Origin: Geosiphon pyriformis uo1
Lineage: Eukaryota > Fungi > Glomeromycota
Reading direction: 5' to 3'
Length of the DNA: 58,840 bases
NCBI GenBank assembly: GCA_016748015.1
Contig: JAAOMT010000009.1
Location: 81,861 to 140,700, forward strand
The notes under the pieces were generated by a model that was given only the letters and a program-made list of their open reading frames with translations, did not search any database and had not been told where the DNA came from. Made by a program: the position numbers and the translations under genes. Of the stretch, positions 11,621 to 25,615 are shown piece by piece (positions within the stretch are counted from its first letter, which is position 1; every line of letters begins with the position of its first letter).

Positions 11621-12900
11621 GATTAGTGATTATACTTAATTTTAGAGCGAAAAATTCACCCTCACACCAAAAGGAGATCAGCTTTTGCTTAGTACATTTT
11701 TTGACCAACAGATTCATTTCTAAATGTGAATTATAAATAAAGCTGCGAATTAATTTTATGCAGCCTATCGCATTGAACCTTACTTGATTTGGATTATATG
11801 TAATAATTTTTGTCAGGTGATTTTCAGATACACACTTTATATGAAAAACTGAAAAAGTAAAAATTTAATTGGTTTCACATTTTTTATAAAGGCGTTTTGA
11901 ACTATAAGGATAATCAAAATTTTGTTTTGTTTGCTGCATATATTTGTTATTAATATTATATTTCTATTGAATATTGGACATTGCGTGATTTTGAAATAAT
12001 TCAATTTTGTATTCAGAAATTATTTCAATATTTTCGCCATTTAATTTGATTTGATGTCTTTTTACAAATCAATATTGGTAAGGTATGTACTGTGAATCCC
12101 ATTTTTTCCAAATAATTTTAAATCTTTTCAACAATATTTTTTTGAAATTTTTGCATAATTTAAATATTGTTATTATTTCGACAGTTATAATTTAATCAAT
12201 ATTTATCATTGTAATTGAAATATATCTCTATTAACTGAAGAAAAATAATGTGAAAAAACAAATAGCAAATTAATAGCAAATTATTTATTTATTAATATTG
12301 AATCTTGACTGGAAAAAATTTGTATTTTTAATTATTCTTTTGGGTCAATTTGAAACTAGGAATAAATAAAATTAAATTCAGTTTAAGCAGAGTTCATTTA
12401 ACGACAAATAATTTAAAAATTTTGGCATATACAGCTTCTAAATCAAAATTAAAGACAAATATTTAATTCTTTTAAAGTCAGACGTGTTTAAAATTGTTTA
12501 AAAATCAAATCTTATCTCAGTTAATAGCTAAAAAAAAATTAAAATAGGAAAAATAAATTTCATTGTACCACAAACCATGAAAAAAATGTACTTTTTATGT
12601 TTGAAATTATATTTTTTATATCGAAATTTATAAAATTAAATATTTAAGTATATATAAAATTTAATGATAATAACCAAAAATTTATAAAAAAAAAACTAAT
12701 TTCAAAAAAAATTGATTAGAAAATTAAAAGTCAAAATTTATTTTTTAATTAATAAATCTTTAAATTATAAAATAAATTAATTTAAATATTTTATTACCCA
12801 AAAACTAAAATAATAATATTTGAATAATTTTTTTTTTTTAAAAAATTAAACAAGTTAAGCATAAAAGCATAGAAAAAAAATCTTTTTATTTTACAAATAT

Positions 12901-12923
12901 ATAATAATAACAATAACAATAAC

Positions 12924-12953
<30 letters not shown>
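12901..12953. repeat. (AAT/AAC)n microsatellite
   Basis: Directly visible. Confidence 0.85.
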
Positions 12954-12954
<1 letters not shown>

Positions 12955-15900
12955 TAAATCTGAAATGATTGAAATAATATGTTTATATTATATATTTGTA
13001 AATAATTTTTTAAAACAAAAAATTATTTTAATTAAGCTCTAAAAAATTAAATAATTTTAAAATCTAAAATCCAAAAAATAAGTCTGGAAAAATTGTAATC
13101 AATTTATATAATTAAGAATTTAACATATTATTTAATTAAAAATATTTATTAAAAAATAATAATAAATTGATTTTTAACTTTTTTTAGTTTTTTATTCACA
13201 AAAAATTGTTACCGGTTTTTATATTTTACTGAAAAAGATTATATTTTTATATAAAAATTAATATTTATTTTAATAACTTATTTTACTATTAACAAATTCA
13301 TTTACAAAAATAATTTCATGAATAAGTACTTAAATAATTTAAAAGTATAATTATTTAATTTATTTTCAAAGTTTTCATCAGAATATAAATTTATTATTTT
13401 TGAATAATATGTCTTATAAATGTTTTTTTTAAAAATTTAAAAAATTTTAAAATTCATATAGTCAGTATATATTTACAATTTATTAAGCTTACAAATAATA
13501 ATTTTCGAAAATATTTAAAAAAAATTAATCAGGATACTCGCTCAAAAATCAAATCACTTTTCAAAGTTAAAAAAATAATTTTATTTAAAAAGTATATTTT
13601 AGCAATTAATATATATTTATTTTTAAATGGGATCATTATTATCCGATCTTAAAATACGAATTTTTTTATTTAAAAAAACTTTTCAAAGGATCTGATTGGT
13701 TGAAAATTTAAATGTATAATCAAAAATTTTCAGATCTTTTATTAGATTTCAATTGAAAAAAAAAAATTTTTCCCTTCAGCCCATTCAACCCCATTCAAAT
13801 GGCCGAGTTTTCAGAACAAAGAAAATTCCGAGCTTGTCTCTTTTTTAATCTAATTCATTCTTTGTGTGTAGTCTCGCTGTTTTTATCTTCTTACCAGATC
13901 TAAAAAGTTTTAAAAGATCTTGGATCACCATAAATTCAAATAGATTATTAAAAATTTTTTGCTAATAAATAATTCCTTGAAAAAAATTGAGGTTGAAATC
14001 TCATGATTTCTTACATGCAAATAGTTTTAGATTCTAACAAGTATTCAACCTGTCTGCCTGTCCCATTAAAAATTTAATTCAACTCCTTTGTTTTCCATTA
14101 AAAGATAATCCTTGAAATCTTTCAATGAGGCTTATTTCTTTTATTCCGAATTTTTCTTGAACAAAGTTTTTCAACTCTGCAAATACACAACAATCGATTG
14201 GTTTAAAACTAATACTCTTTAGATGGGGGGCCCTCTAGCCAATTTTTTGATAGCAACAGTTATCGTTACATCATAAAGAACCTTGGAATTATTTTCATTT
14301 AATCCATTGACCACGGCATAATTGATTTTAGATATTTAGAAAAATATTCCCCGCTTCAAATTCATTGAGATGCATGTTTACATACCTCTCCCACATTTCA
14401 TAGGCGTTTCAAGATTTTTTTAAACTTAAAAATCATCATTTAATTAATTTTTTTTGGAGTGACTTGATGATTTTACGTCGATATCTAATGGTCATTTCAC
14501 ATATAGAAAATTATTCTTGAACAGGATACTTTCTTTCAAAAAACTCAAATGGAAAAATGGCTAAATATCAACATAAAAATATTCCAAAAGATACTAAATT
14601 CCCTGCAAATCATGAAACCTAATCAATTGGAAAAACTATCATTTCCATTTATATTTAATATTTTCAATAAATTTCAGCCAAAATTTTTTTTGAATGTAAA
14701 GCCTACCTGATTTTTAGACATCTAGTATTTTTTAAAACGTTCCCAGAATTAAACTTTTCCCTAGATGTCACAATTTGGTTACACAACTCTGGTCAAAAAA
14801 TTATAATCAATGATCCCATGTATTACAATATAAAAAAGAAATAAAGTTTACACAGAAATAACATCAAATTTTTAGTTTTTCCCCATAAAAAAAAACTTTG
14901 CCAAATTATTCATTAAACTACTAAGAAGTCATTAAACAATAAAAATATTGAAAAATCATTCCTGCACAGGATTGCCGGTACTCTCCTTAATATGTAAAAA
15001 AAAATGAGGTGGGTTGTCACGTCTCAATACTTTTTCATCGTGGATACGATTGGAAATGAATCAATGATCTGACTCAAACAAAATTTTAAAATGATTGACG
15101 GCGTCTCGGTGTAAGGTCCCAGAACTCTCCGAGTCATAGATTGCTCAATTGAGAAATTATGCTTGGATGATCAAATTATGACGGGAGCAGACCAACTCTG
15201 ATACAATGATGCAGCCTATTTTCTTTAGCCAACACAATGCATCTTATAATATCCTAACCTTTTTCCATTGATACTTTGCACCGCGTTTTGCCCTCAAATA
15301 CCCTCATACCGATTGGGCGCCATCATGAACACCAACTATCCTGGAATTTCCCACGCTTGATTCTAGTATTTTCCTTGGTGAAGACCGAAGGCACTGGTAT
15401 AGTCACCCGACGTAATGAAAAAAAAATATATATTTTTTTTTTCTCAATAATCCTTTAACAAATATATTGGGGAATAATGCTTAAACGGTGAATTTTCGGA
15501 GGGGTTTTGCCAATTAAACTTTAAAAAAACCCAGTCCTAAAATAGTTGTCTCACAAATATGCCATTATTATAAAAAATATTCTTTTTAAGACTTCTATTT
15601 GGTAGTAAAAAAAAACCCGCCTTTTTATAATCCTAAAGTCATTTGGGTTTAATATTCATGGTTTCTGGTTTTTTTTTTAATTAATTAATTGTTAGAAAAT
15701 TTGTATTTCGAAAATAGAAAGAAAACTTGACATGTTCAAATCATTATTTCTATCAAGTGATTTAGAAATAATTAGGGATCAAAATTTTCTAACATTTAAT
15801 AAATTTTAATTGATTTTAAAACTTACTAATTGCTAATTATCATTGTCATAAATAAATAAATAAATAAAAATTGTAACAAAGAGAATTAAACAAGTTCAAA

Positions 15901-18453
15901 ACTTGTAAATTCTAAAAGAAGAACATGGCTGTGTTCTATCGTCAATTATGTTGAGGTACACTCTTAATTGTTTTTTGTTCCTTTGATACCCAGATCAAAT
16001 TTACATTTTTTTTTTTGATTGGCCAACTTAAAATGAAAATAATTTGGCTATTTTCTAATTATTGAATGGGATTAATTTTTGTCAATTTATCTTTTAATTT
16101 TTATTTGAACCTCAGATGATATAATATTTTTATTTTAAAAAATTAAAAGTCATAAAAACAGTTTTGATATTTTTCAGGACGTGAAATTGTTTAATATGAA
16201 TTTTTTTATTTGATTTACTACAGAATTAGGAGTAGTATTTTTAAAATTAGAAAAAATTTTAATTCTTATTTTAAAACATGAATCATTTTTTTGAGTAAAA
16301 AATGTAATACAAATAAAAAATATGATTTTATTGACATTTTTAGTCACAAAATTAACACAGAATAAATTAAAATTTAAATCTTTGGTTTTTAAAAAATTGT
16401 TTTTTATTTAGTCTTTTTATATGTTTGATAACAAATTCAATTTTAAAATATTAATTTTTATTATAATTTTTTTTTTATCTTTTAAGTAAATATAACATTT
16501 CAATAAATTGCAATTGGTTTTATATATTAATTGTTATATGATGCAATTTTAAATTATATAGTTGCAATTAATATAATACTTATTTGTCACATTTTTAATT
16601 ACATTCTTATTTTCAAAACAAATAAAATATTAATATATATTTTAAATTTAATTAAAGATCTTAGAAAAAAAATCTTTTTAAAAAAGTTTCCAAATAAAAA
16701 AACCTGAATAATCAATTTTAATCCACAAAAGGAATCTTTTATAGTATTATATGATGAATTCTAAACTTTTAAAATGTTATTGAATATAAAAAACATAAAA
16801 TAATAAGTTATTAAAAGTTTATGCATTATTAACCGACTTTTTTTATCATAACTTTTAAGGAATAAAATGAAAGAATGAGATATTTTACAATAAAAGCTCA
16901 AAAAAAAAGGTTATATCTTCAGGTTCAGTTTGTATTAATGTTCCTAATTTCTTTTTTGTGAGATTTTTCTCAAAGAAAACTCAAATTCTTTGAAAAGAAT
17001 ATTTTCTAATACACAATGGTCAACTTCATCATGTTGCTAAATTTAGATTTTACAAACTCATGACCACAAAAATAAATCACCACTCAACCTAATCTCATGA
17101 TTTAAGACAATTAATAATGCCTTTTATTTTTCAGCTATAAAAAATTAACTGATGTCAGAATTTCCAAAGAGTACAAAATGACTTAAAAGTATACTCGTGA
17201 CCGTTCACGTTTCCAAATTAATATTAAACGCCGTACCAATTAAATGATAAACCATTTAATATTCGTGTTGGAAAAGTAGTGTTTGACCACTTTTGTAGCT
17301 TGATTTACATTATTACAGCTCTTAATTAAACTTGGCAGGTTTCATGGTCAAATGACCTTGCACCTCCTTTTAAAAACTTCTAGGAGACAGAATGACTCAT
17401 TCCTTTCAAGACTATATGATAAAACGTAATGAATTGTCAGGTTTAAAAACTTTTTACTGTAGGTTCTAAATGTAATGTTAATCACACGTTGAATGACAAT
17501 GATCCAATAAATTCCTTTGAAAGTTTTAATGTCAAAAATTTGAAAAAGGATAGAAATACCAACTAAAACGAAAAATTGGGTAACCCCAAAGTACACCCAA
17601 AAAAGGAACTACCGAGAGATTTATACATCTGTCCTATTATTTCTACCTGCTAAAATGCATGACATATTTGTAATTTCCATTTTTACGCTGATTGGCAAAA
17701 ACCATCCTATAATAACATTTGCTGTATGTGTTTTGAGGTAATTTTTTTTTTTTGCAAATGATTACCTTAGAAACTTCATAAAGTTAATAATTTTTTCGCC
17801 AGTCATCTCGTCGTGTCTCGTCTCTCGTGTTCTGGATTCCGGTACTGACCTCCTTTTTCTGCTACACATTGATCATTACACTGGGTTAATCAGTGATGGA
17901 TAATAATTCAGTTATCTTAAATGAAAATGGTCACACATCAAAGATTGTAATAATAGTAATATTATTTTTACCATTTGCAATTACACCAGGGTTAAAAAAA
18001 AAATCAAAGGATATTAACTACTCTAAATGTTCGACTATGAGTTTCTGAATTTCAAATTGGGAAAAAGGGAATACAAAACTTATCATATTAACTAAAGACA
18101 ACCTACGATCTAAACAAAACGGCACCAAACCAAAATAATAAAATTCAAAGATGCAAGTCAAATAAAGTAAAACTCACCGTCCATGGTTAAAAAAAGACTG
18201 GTATTCAAAAATGTCACAACAATTTGGCATTGATATTTAATCAAAAAGAAAATGATTTAGCTTTTAATTTATATTAAATATAATGCCGTACAACTTAGTA
18301 CCATGGTCAGGCTAAATAAAATTAATTTATATGTTAAAAGAGTATACAAAATTTAAATTGAGCAATTAAAAAAAAATTTTATCGTCGTACATTGCATCAA
18401 TTAACTTGTACTACACCAAGTTAAAAAGAAAAAGATGTAGTCAAAAGAAAAAG

Positions 18454-18466
18454 GTAGTAATAGTAA

Positions 18467-18546
<80 letters not shown>
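18454..18546. repeat. (GTA)n microsatellite
   Basis: About 30 units visible; it explains the poly-Val ORF 18406-18606. Confidence 0.95.
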
Positions 18547-19182
18547 AAGCAAGATAATATTTGTGTAATGCTTTACAGCATTTATACGCATAATTTATTT
18601 ATGTAAAGCTATACTGACAGAAAGTATTAAAAAAAAAAAAAANNNNNNNNNNNNNNNNNNNNNNNNNNNNNNNNNNNNNNNNNNNNNNNNNNNNNNNNNN
18701 NNNNNNNNNNNNNNNNNNNNNNNNNNNNNNNNNNNNNNNNNNNNNNNNNNNNNNNNNNNNNNNNNNNNNNNNNNNNNNNNNNNNNNNNNNNNNNNNNNNN
18801 NNNNNNNNNNNNNNNNNNNNNNNNNNNNNNNNNNNNNNNNNNNNNNNNNNNNNNNNNNNNNNNNNNNNNNNNNNNNNNNNNNNNNNNNNNNNNNNNNNNN
18901 NNNNNNNNNNNNNNNNNNNNNNNNNNNNNNNNNNNNNNNNNNNNNNNNNNNNNNNNNNNNNNNNNNNNNNNNNNNNNNNNNNNNNNNNNNNNNNNNNNNN
19001 NNNNNNNNNNNNNNNNNNNNNNNNNNNNNNNNNNNNNNNNNNNNNNNNNNNNNNNNNNNNNNNNNNTTGGTTATTAATTGGCGTTTTCGAAAAAAAAAAA
19101 AATGGTGTAGAAATTCTATGTAAAACAAACAAAGGTTTTACAAAAAGAATTCCGAGTTTCAAATCTAATTTGTTTCATTAAA

Positions 19183-19235
19183 CACTCACTCACTCACTCA
19201 CTCACTCACTCACTCACTTACTCACTTACTCGCTC
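19183..19235. repeat. (CACT)n microsatellite
   Basis: Directly visible. Confidence 0.9.
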
Positions 19236-21252
19236 AAGTTATCTATTTCTCTCCCTTAAACTGAAACCAATTCGGCAAATTCACTGCAATACTTCGGAAA
19301 AAGGCTCATTCAAACTCCCCTTACATGCCTCTATTATCTATTTGAGTCAACACTTTTTTGCTTCCTTGCAATTTGAAAGGTTCTAAGAAAAGTTGATAGA
19401 GGGTGGGTACATTGTTACCAACGTTTTTTTTTTCTGACNNNNNNNNNNNNNNNNNNNNNNNNNNNNNNNNNNNNNNNNNNNNNNNNNNNNNNNNNNNNNN
19501 NNNNNNNNNNNNNNNNNNNNNNNNNNNNNNNNNNNNNNNNNNNNNNNNNNNNNNNNNNNNNNNNNNNNNNNNNNNNNNNNNNNNNNNNNNNNNNNNNNNN
19601 NNNNNNNNNNNNNNNNNNNNNNNNNNNNNNNNNNNNNNNNNNNNNNNNNNNNNNNNNNNNNNNNNNNNNNNNNNNNNNNNNNNNNNNNNNNNNNNNNNNN
19701 NNNNNNNNNNNNNNNNNNNNNNNNNNNNNNNNNNNNNNNNNNNNNNNNNNNNNNNNNNNNNNNNNNNNNNNNNNNNNNNNNNNNNNNNNNNNNNNNNNNN
19801 NNNNNNNNNNNNNNNNNNNNNNNNNNNNNNNNNNNNNNNNNNNNNNNNNNNNNNNNNNNNNNNNNNNNNNNNNNNNNNNNNNNNNNNNNNNNNNNNNNNN
19901 NNNNNNNNNNNNNNNNNNNNNNNNNNNNNNNNNNNNNNNNNNNNNNNNNNNNNNNNNNNNNNNNNNNNNNNNNNNNNNNNNNNNNNNNNNNNNNNNNNNN
20001 NNNNNNNNNNNNNNNNNNNNNNNNNNNNNNNNNNNNNNNNNNNNNNNNNNNNNNNNNNNNNNNNNNNNNNNNNNNNNNNNNNNTTTTTTTTTTTTTTTTT
20101 TTTTGGAAGATAAGCCATCGCATAACAAGCACGTATAAAAATAGCTTCTTAAAAAGATACCCTGATTTCTCGATGTTTTTGACGTCCTTGTGTTTCTGAA
20201 TACCATTATAATTGTCAACAGTGCCATTATTCACACACATCAATATTAAAGTTTAAATCAATTTATTAATCACATAAAGCTTTAAGGAAAAGGTAAAACA
20301 GCTAGATGTGAGTGTGACCTTAACCCTCATTTAATCTTCTAATCTTCTTGCAAATATTTTTTCCGTTTTTTTTATCTCTGAAACCTTTTCTTTGCCAACC
20401 CAGAAGAGAATACTCTTTGCAGTAAAAATAATTTCAACAATAAACTACCACTCAAACTTTTAACCCTGGTTGTTTTAATAACTTGGTGGTTGACAGTAAA
20501 GAGAAAACCATATTCAAATCATGAACACTACCGGTGTCGCGTGTACAAGAAACATCATTTGCGCCTAAACTAGTAATTTTTCCCATCCCAATTCAAGTGA
20601 GATTCTTCTCGTATAATAATTCGAACTTTCTTAATTAGAAACAAATTGCATCGACTAGACAAACAATTATTATTGGACACTTTAGAGTTGAAATTTAAAC
20701 TTTAGCAAATTTTAGAAATTTTTTGATTTATTTTATCTTTCCGAAAATAAATAACTATTGTTCCTCCAAATATTAAATATATATTTAAATATCTTTAACA
20801 ATTAAAAAAATAATAGGTTCAAACCCCGAATTTGAAATAACAACCATTGACAGTCAAAAATATCATCATCGAAAATCGGAACGAAAGCTCATACATAAAC
20901 AGTCCACAAAAAATTTTTGCTTTATATTAAGTGAAGTGCAACAGCTCACCATTTCCCGAGCCAAGCGCAAAATTCCGTTAAACAAAAAGTAATTGAAATT
21001 TGATTTTCTTGAGTAGTTTAAATTTAATCTATTTTAAACTATTTGAATATATTAAATTATTTATATTTTGTGTATCCAACCAAACGTATAACAGGAAGCC
21101 CTTTTCTTAAAAAAAAAAATTGCAATTTTTTCATTGGCGATTTTATTTCAACTAAACTCACATTATAAAAAGAACCACGGCCAGGTAACTCGGGCAACAT
21201 TAACGCGTTCTATCAACAAGTAAAAAATCAGCCAAGAAATCAACATATATTT

Positions 21253-21260
21253 TATAAAAA
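21253..21260 (+). promoter_or_regulatory. TATA box of the Reg1-like gene
   Basis: TATAAAAA 90 nt upstream of ATG 21343, similar to the 94-103 nt spacing at the other four genes. Confidence 0.55.
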
Positions 21261-21342
21261 TCTCTCTTGATTCATTCAAGTTTCTACAATTCTAGTATCA
21301 CAAACATAATTTCTCAATCTCAAAATATTAACTCAAGAAAAG

Positions 21343-23932
21343 ATGGAACACCCAACAATTACTGTCGTCACGGCCGCCCACTCTGTTGACTATCTTGGTC
21401 ACACTCATAGTTGGGAAGAAACTGATGCCATCTATACTTATAATGAAGTTTGCAAAGAACTTCACAACTTTCACAAAAAGTGTCGTGAAGATCATGAAAA
21501 GCCTGAATATTTGCAAAAGGTTGAACTCTATAAAGAACTTTCAAAAAAACGTGCACTCAAAGAGAATAAACGTGGAGCTCGATCTCTAAGTGTTTCTGCT
21601 GGTAGTGATGTACCAAGAAAACCTGTTCTTCAATCCAAGAAATCTAAGGATCCTCTTAAAAAATTGCAACAGGGGGAATGGTTGCAAGAGAAAAGGCTTT
21701 TAAGACAAAAGAATGCTCTTTGGCGCCGCATGGGTGTCATCAAGAGTGGAAGATTAGTTGATCCTTTGTCATTGAATTGGTAATTATAAAGTTTTGTCTT
21801 TTGGTTTTTTTTCTAAAAACATGGCGATGCACACCCTTTTTCAAATTTTAATCTCCCCCCCCCCCTCCCCTGAGTTTCAATTCTGGAAAACTTATAGATT
21901 AAATCCTTTTTCTCATCATATGACCTTAAATCTTATTTTTTATTATTATTCTTAAATGAACGAGTTTCCTTTTATGTTTTCAACGCAAACCAAAACTTCT
22001 TACCTCCCTTTTTTCCCGGGGAAAGAGCTCATTATTATTAATTATTTCTGGCAACATCACAATTCGACTTTCTATTTTACGACAACCAGAAATTCCCATA
22101 CTCGCTAAAAGATTCTCTGTTTCCTTTTTCGGCAAAAATTGATTAAGAGGCTTATCCATATCATCTTTGAGAGTTTGGCTTGTTTGGTTTTATTTGACCT
22201 GAGCTACAATGAAATTCAATCCTAACCCTATTATTTTACGCTACCTTTATCATATTAAAACTTGACGCCTTATGCGGCCAGCCCAACCCATTTCTCTTGG
22301 TCACACCGCTCTCATCCTTTCCAAAAAGTGATCAATTCGTTTTGATGGAGCAGCATGCTTTTAGTCATTATTTGTCTGCAACCCACCCAAAAAGTGACAT
22401 TGCGTACGTGTTACCATTGCCCTTATGGTGATGAATGAAAACTTTGATTGGGCTCTCAGAACAGGATTTAGCATAAAATTTTTTTTTTGCGGCTGTTGCT
22501 TAAATTTACCCAATCATCTCTTAATCTTATTGATTACTGGTTTGCTTTCTTGTTCTTTTTTACTTTATTTACGCCAATTTTAACAAATTTATCCACTATT
22601 AATTTTTTGAATTTTCGTGTATCGCCAAATAATTGCACAAGTCTTTGTTGAACAGCAAACAAACATCAAAGCTAATCAGTAGTTCTCAATTTTCTTCTAT
22701 CCCACATCAATAGGCAGAAGGAAAGCGATGTTTTATGGTTATTCGGGCCTTTGTACCAACCTGCGGAACCTGAACATCAAGATTTCGATGACGATGAATC
22801 GAATAATTGTAATTCGGATTCTTATGATGACTTTAAAACTGTGGTTAAGGACATTCATTCGATTAATTATTCCGGGTCAATGACTTCATATTGTATTCCA
22901 ACACCCAACTACACCTCGCCAATCAAACCTGTCCTCAAGAAGCACGTGGAAACTTCGCCGCTTGAAGACCTTCTTGCTTATTACACTTGCTCAGTTCTTT
23001 TGAACAACGATAATCAAAAGTCTGGAATTGATCGAAGCCAATTCAATTATGACTCTGACTCTTCATACACATCGGACTCTGATAGCAGTACTGACGTGGA
23101 AGATACTGACAGCGGCAATAGCAGTGATTCATCTTGCTCTTCTTCAAGTTCTTCAGCTCGACGACATGCAATGTCACGTTTTAAGCGGTTCACCGAAAAA
23201 CACATAATGACTCCTAAAAAGAAGAAATCTTTGAGATTTAGTCCGAAACTGGAGCAAGTTCATTACACCCCGACTCACTATACTAGAAAGCTGTCCGCTT
23301 CTCAATCGAAGAAACGCGCACCACCTCAACGAGTCAATCAAGAGGTCAAAAAGAATCTCGGTGGTGCTTACGACCCGGAAACCAATGCGTATAAGGCAAT
23401 TGATGACTTTGCCGCGTTGGCGGCTGGGGTAGGGATCGATATTAAAGGTGTTGGGATGATGGATCCTTGTAATGATTATGACCAGATTTTTAACTGGGCA
23501 AAATCTCAAATAAAAACCAGTGACACCTTTAGCATGTTCTGTGAGGATGGCAAAAAAGCCCCAACCATCTTAAGTCAGAATTTAAAAACTGCGACAAAAT
23601 TTTCCATCCCAAAAGCTACCCTAGCCACAAATAGTACAGAGAAATACGAAAAAATGTTGGCAGCTGCCAAAGCAGCCTCATTCAACACCACACCAAGACG
23701 CAAGGTATCCACACAATACAGCAAACCAATATACGATGTGGAATTGTTATCGTCTGATGATGAAGTGGAAATTTTAGGAAATAATTCCGAGACCAATTTG
23801 TGTTTTGAAGCCCAACCTAGCTCAAATCAGGAAGCCCCCAGTTTAGTGTCCAAATGCGTAAATATCGCCGAGAATGCAAAGGATGTCGTCAGTTGGTTTG
23901 GCGCCATGCTTTGGGATAGTAGCCTCGTGTAA
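21343..23932 (+). CDS. Reg1-like protein phosphatase 1 (Glc7) regulatory subunit family protein, DUF1752-type N-terminal motifs; join(21343..21779,22714..23932), 551 aa
   Basis: Exon 1 has SVDYLGHTHSWEETD and RQKNALWRRM...VDPLSLN(W). Splicing tg|GTAATT...AATAG|g restores TGG and gives LNWQKESDVLWLFGPLY, matching the Reg1-family VDYLSHxW / RLENASWR / LNWLKDxDVTWLYGPL signature. Downstream are KPVLKK, a Ser/Asp-rich tract and the RVxF-like KKKSLRFSPKLEQV (KSLRF 23225-23239). Confidence 0.85.
21780..22713 (+). other. Spliceosomal GT-AG intron, 934 nt, phase 2
   Basis: Donor GTAATT at 21780, branch-like GCTAATC at 22671-22677, pyrimidine-rich tract 22683-22708, acceptor TAG at 22711-22713. Removal joins a conserved motif in frame. 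Confidence 0.85.
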
Positions 23933-25580
23933 ATCTTCACAATTGAGCTAACACAAATCAAAAAGAATCCTATGAACAATTTTTAACTTGTAAAATAACC
24001 ATCTCCAAAATACATATGAACAATCGAGTCTTGGGTTTTTTGGCTGCTTTTTAAGGGATATTTATTCTTTGTATATTATATCTTATTATTCACATATACT
24101 CTGGGACAATTTAATTGATCATGTTCTCAAATTGTCGGAACATTAAAATATTCAAAGCCCCTGTTCTTTATTCTAACTAAATATGCCCAAGTTCCGTAAA
24201 CCCTTTGTGAATTTTGTTATATATTTTTCCTTTCTTGATCATTTCTTTAACTATTTTTTATGGCTATTTAGCCTGGACTCAAAGTATTTCTTCAAGTTCT
24301 CAATCTTGATCTCACCACAAATTGTCAACTCTCTGCTATCATATCAAAGACACGTGTAACACGTTTGTCTGATTTCCTTTTATCTTAAGCTTCTTCAACA
24401 AATCAAATCAAACCAAACCAGACCAGACCATTTTTTTCACTTGACCCAACTACATTTTTAGGTTTATTTTTCAATTTCTGTTCTGCACACTTTTTTCTTT
24501 ATAATCTCTGTTTTTGATTCAACTGTGTTTCTACCTATCCTATACCTTCATGAATCTCGTGCTCATGGATTCTGGCTATTTTACTCTTTGTTACTAGTCA
24601 CTGTTCAATTGAGGGTTCTTTCTGTTCACATTTTACAAATTTTCTTGATCATACAATTTACCTTTATTTCAACGCGTTTATCTCTCTTTGTTCTTGTTTT
24701 TGTTCTGTTCTTCAAAGTACGACGCGCGTTTTAATAACTCAGCCAATTCAATTACCTTTACACGAACATTTGCATTTTAAACTTCCTGACCTTTTTCAAT
24801 ATCGCCAACTTTTATATACCACCATTTAAAACATTAAGATTTTTTCATTTTTCCGCCAACTTACATCCTTTTTGCCTCTTTTTGTATTCTTCATCTTTAT
24901 GTGGTTATCTAGGTGTTTTTTTTGGACTAGCTACCCAAAAAAATGCACATTTGAGAAACCAAATAATTCGTCGCATAATTCATTGCATTTATTTGTTTCC
25001 CACGGTTACTTATCTCCTCAAATCTTAGCATTGTGTGTTTGTGATTTTTGCATTTATTTCTTACCTATCATCTTCATTTCAATGAAACTTCTTCGGAACG
25101 TCCCATTGGGAACGTTTTTTCGAATCATCCTATTTCTATGAGAATTCATATTTTTCTATGATAGACCGATCATTAACCGACCCTTTTTTCGCGTTTTCTT
25201 GAGACTTTAAAAATCAAGAAAACAGATATGCCCTCCTCATTTTTTTTGTCGATTCATAGTTACTTGATAACGAACGTTTTTGTTTCCTCGTTCTCCTTAT
25301 AAGATACTTTAGGAGCTTTGATTTTAAAGTATCTCGTTCATTTTCAACTTTTCATCTGTTCCAGTGCGCTTTCTTCATTCCTTCACTCTACCTCTTTCTC
25401 TCTCATTAAATGGCTCAAACTCTCTACAGCCGATAAATAGACCCTCTTATTTTTCACGTACTTGAAAGGTTTCCTTTTTAGGATTAGCACATTCATAACA
25501 ACTCTTACATCGCTGACAAGACCACCACATTTCATTCACACGCATACGACGCGTAAAGCATATATGGATGATGAAGTTCA

Positions 25581-25615
25581 TGTTCTGTTCTGTTCTGTTC
25601 TGTTCTGTTCTGTTC
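25581..25615. repeat. (TGTTC)n microsatellite
   Basis: Seven units visible. Confidence 0.9.

Noticed and set aside
13985-14065. Vaguely tRNA/SINE-like minus-strand segment; also a lone GGTTCAAACCCC B-box-like motif at ~20816
   Set aside because: No cloverleaf or acceptor stem could be formed and no matching A-box was found.
15340-15356. GTGGGAAATTCC on the minus strand resembling RNase P RNA CR-I
   Set aside because: Mismatch to the consensus and no matching CR-V/P4 partner found.
18406-20243. ORFs spanning the (GTA)n tract and N-gaps
   Set aside because: Artefacts of the microsatellite and unknown bases.
22751-23932. Independent 393-aa gene, and 21343-21783 as an independent 146-aa gene
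   Set aside because: TTG start; both are better explained as exons of one Reg1-like gene.
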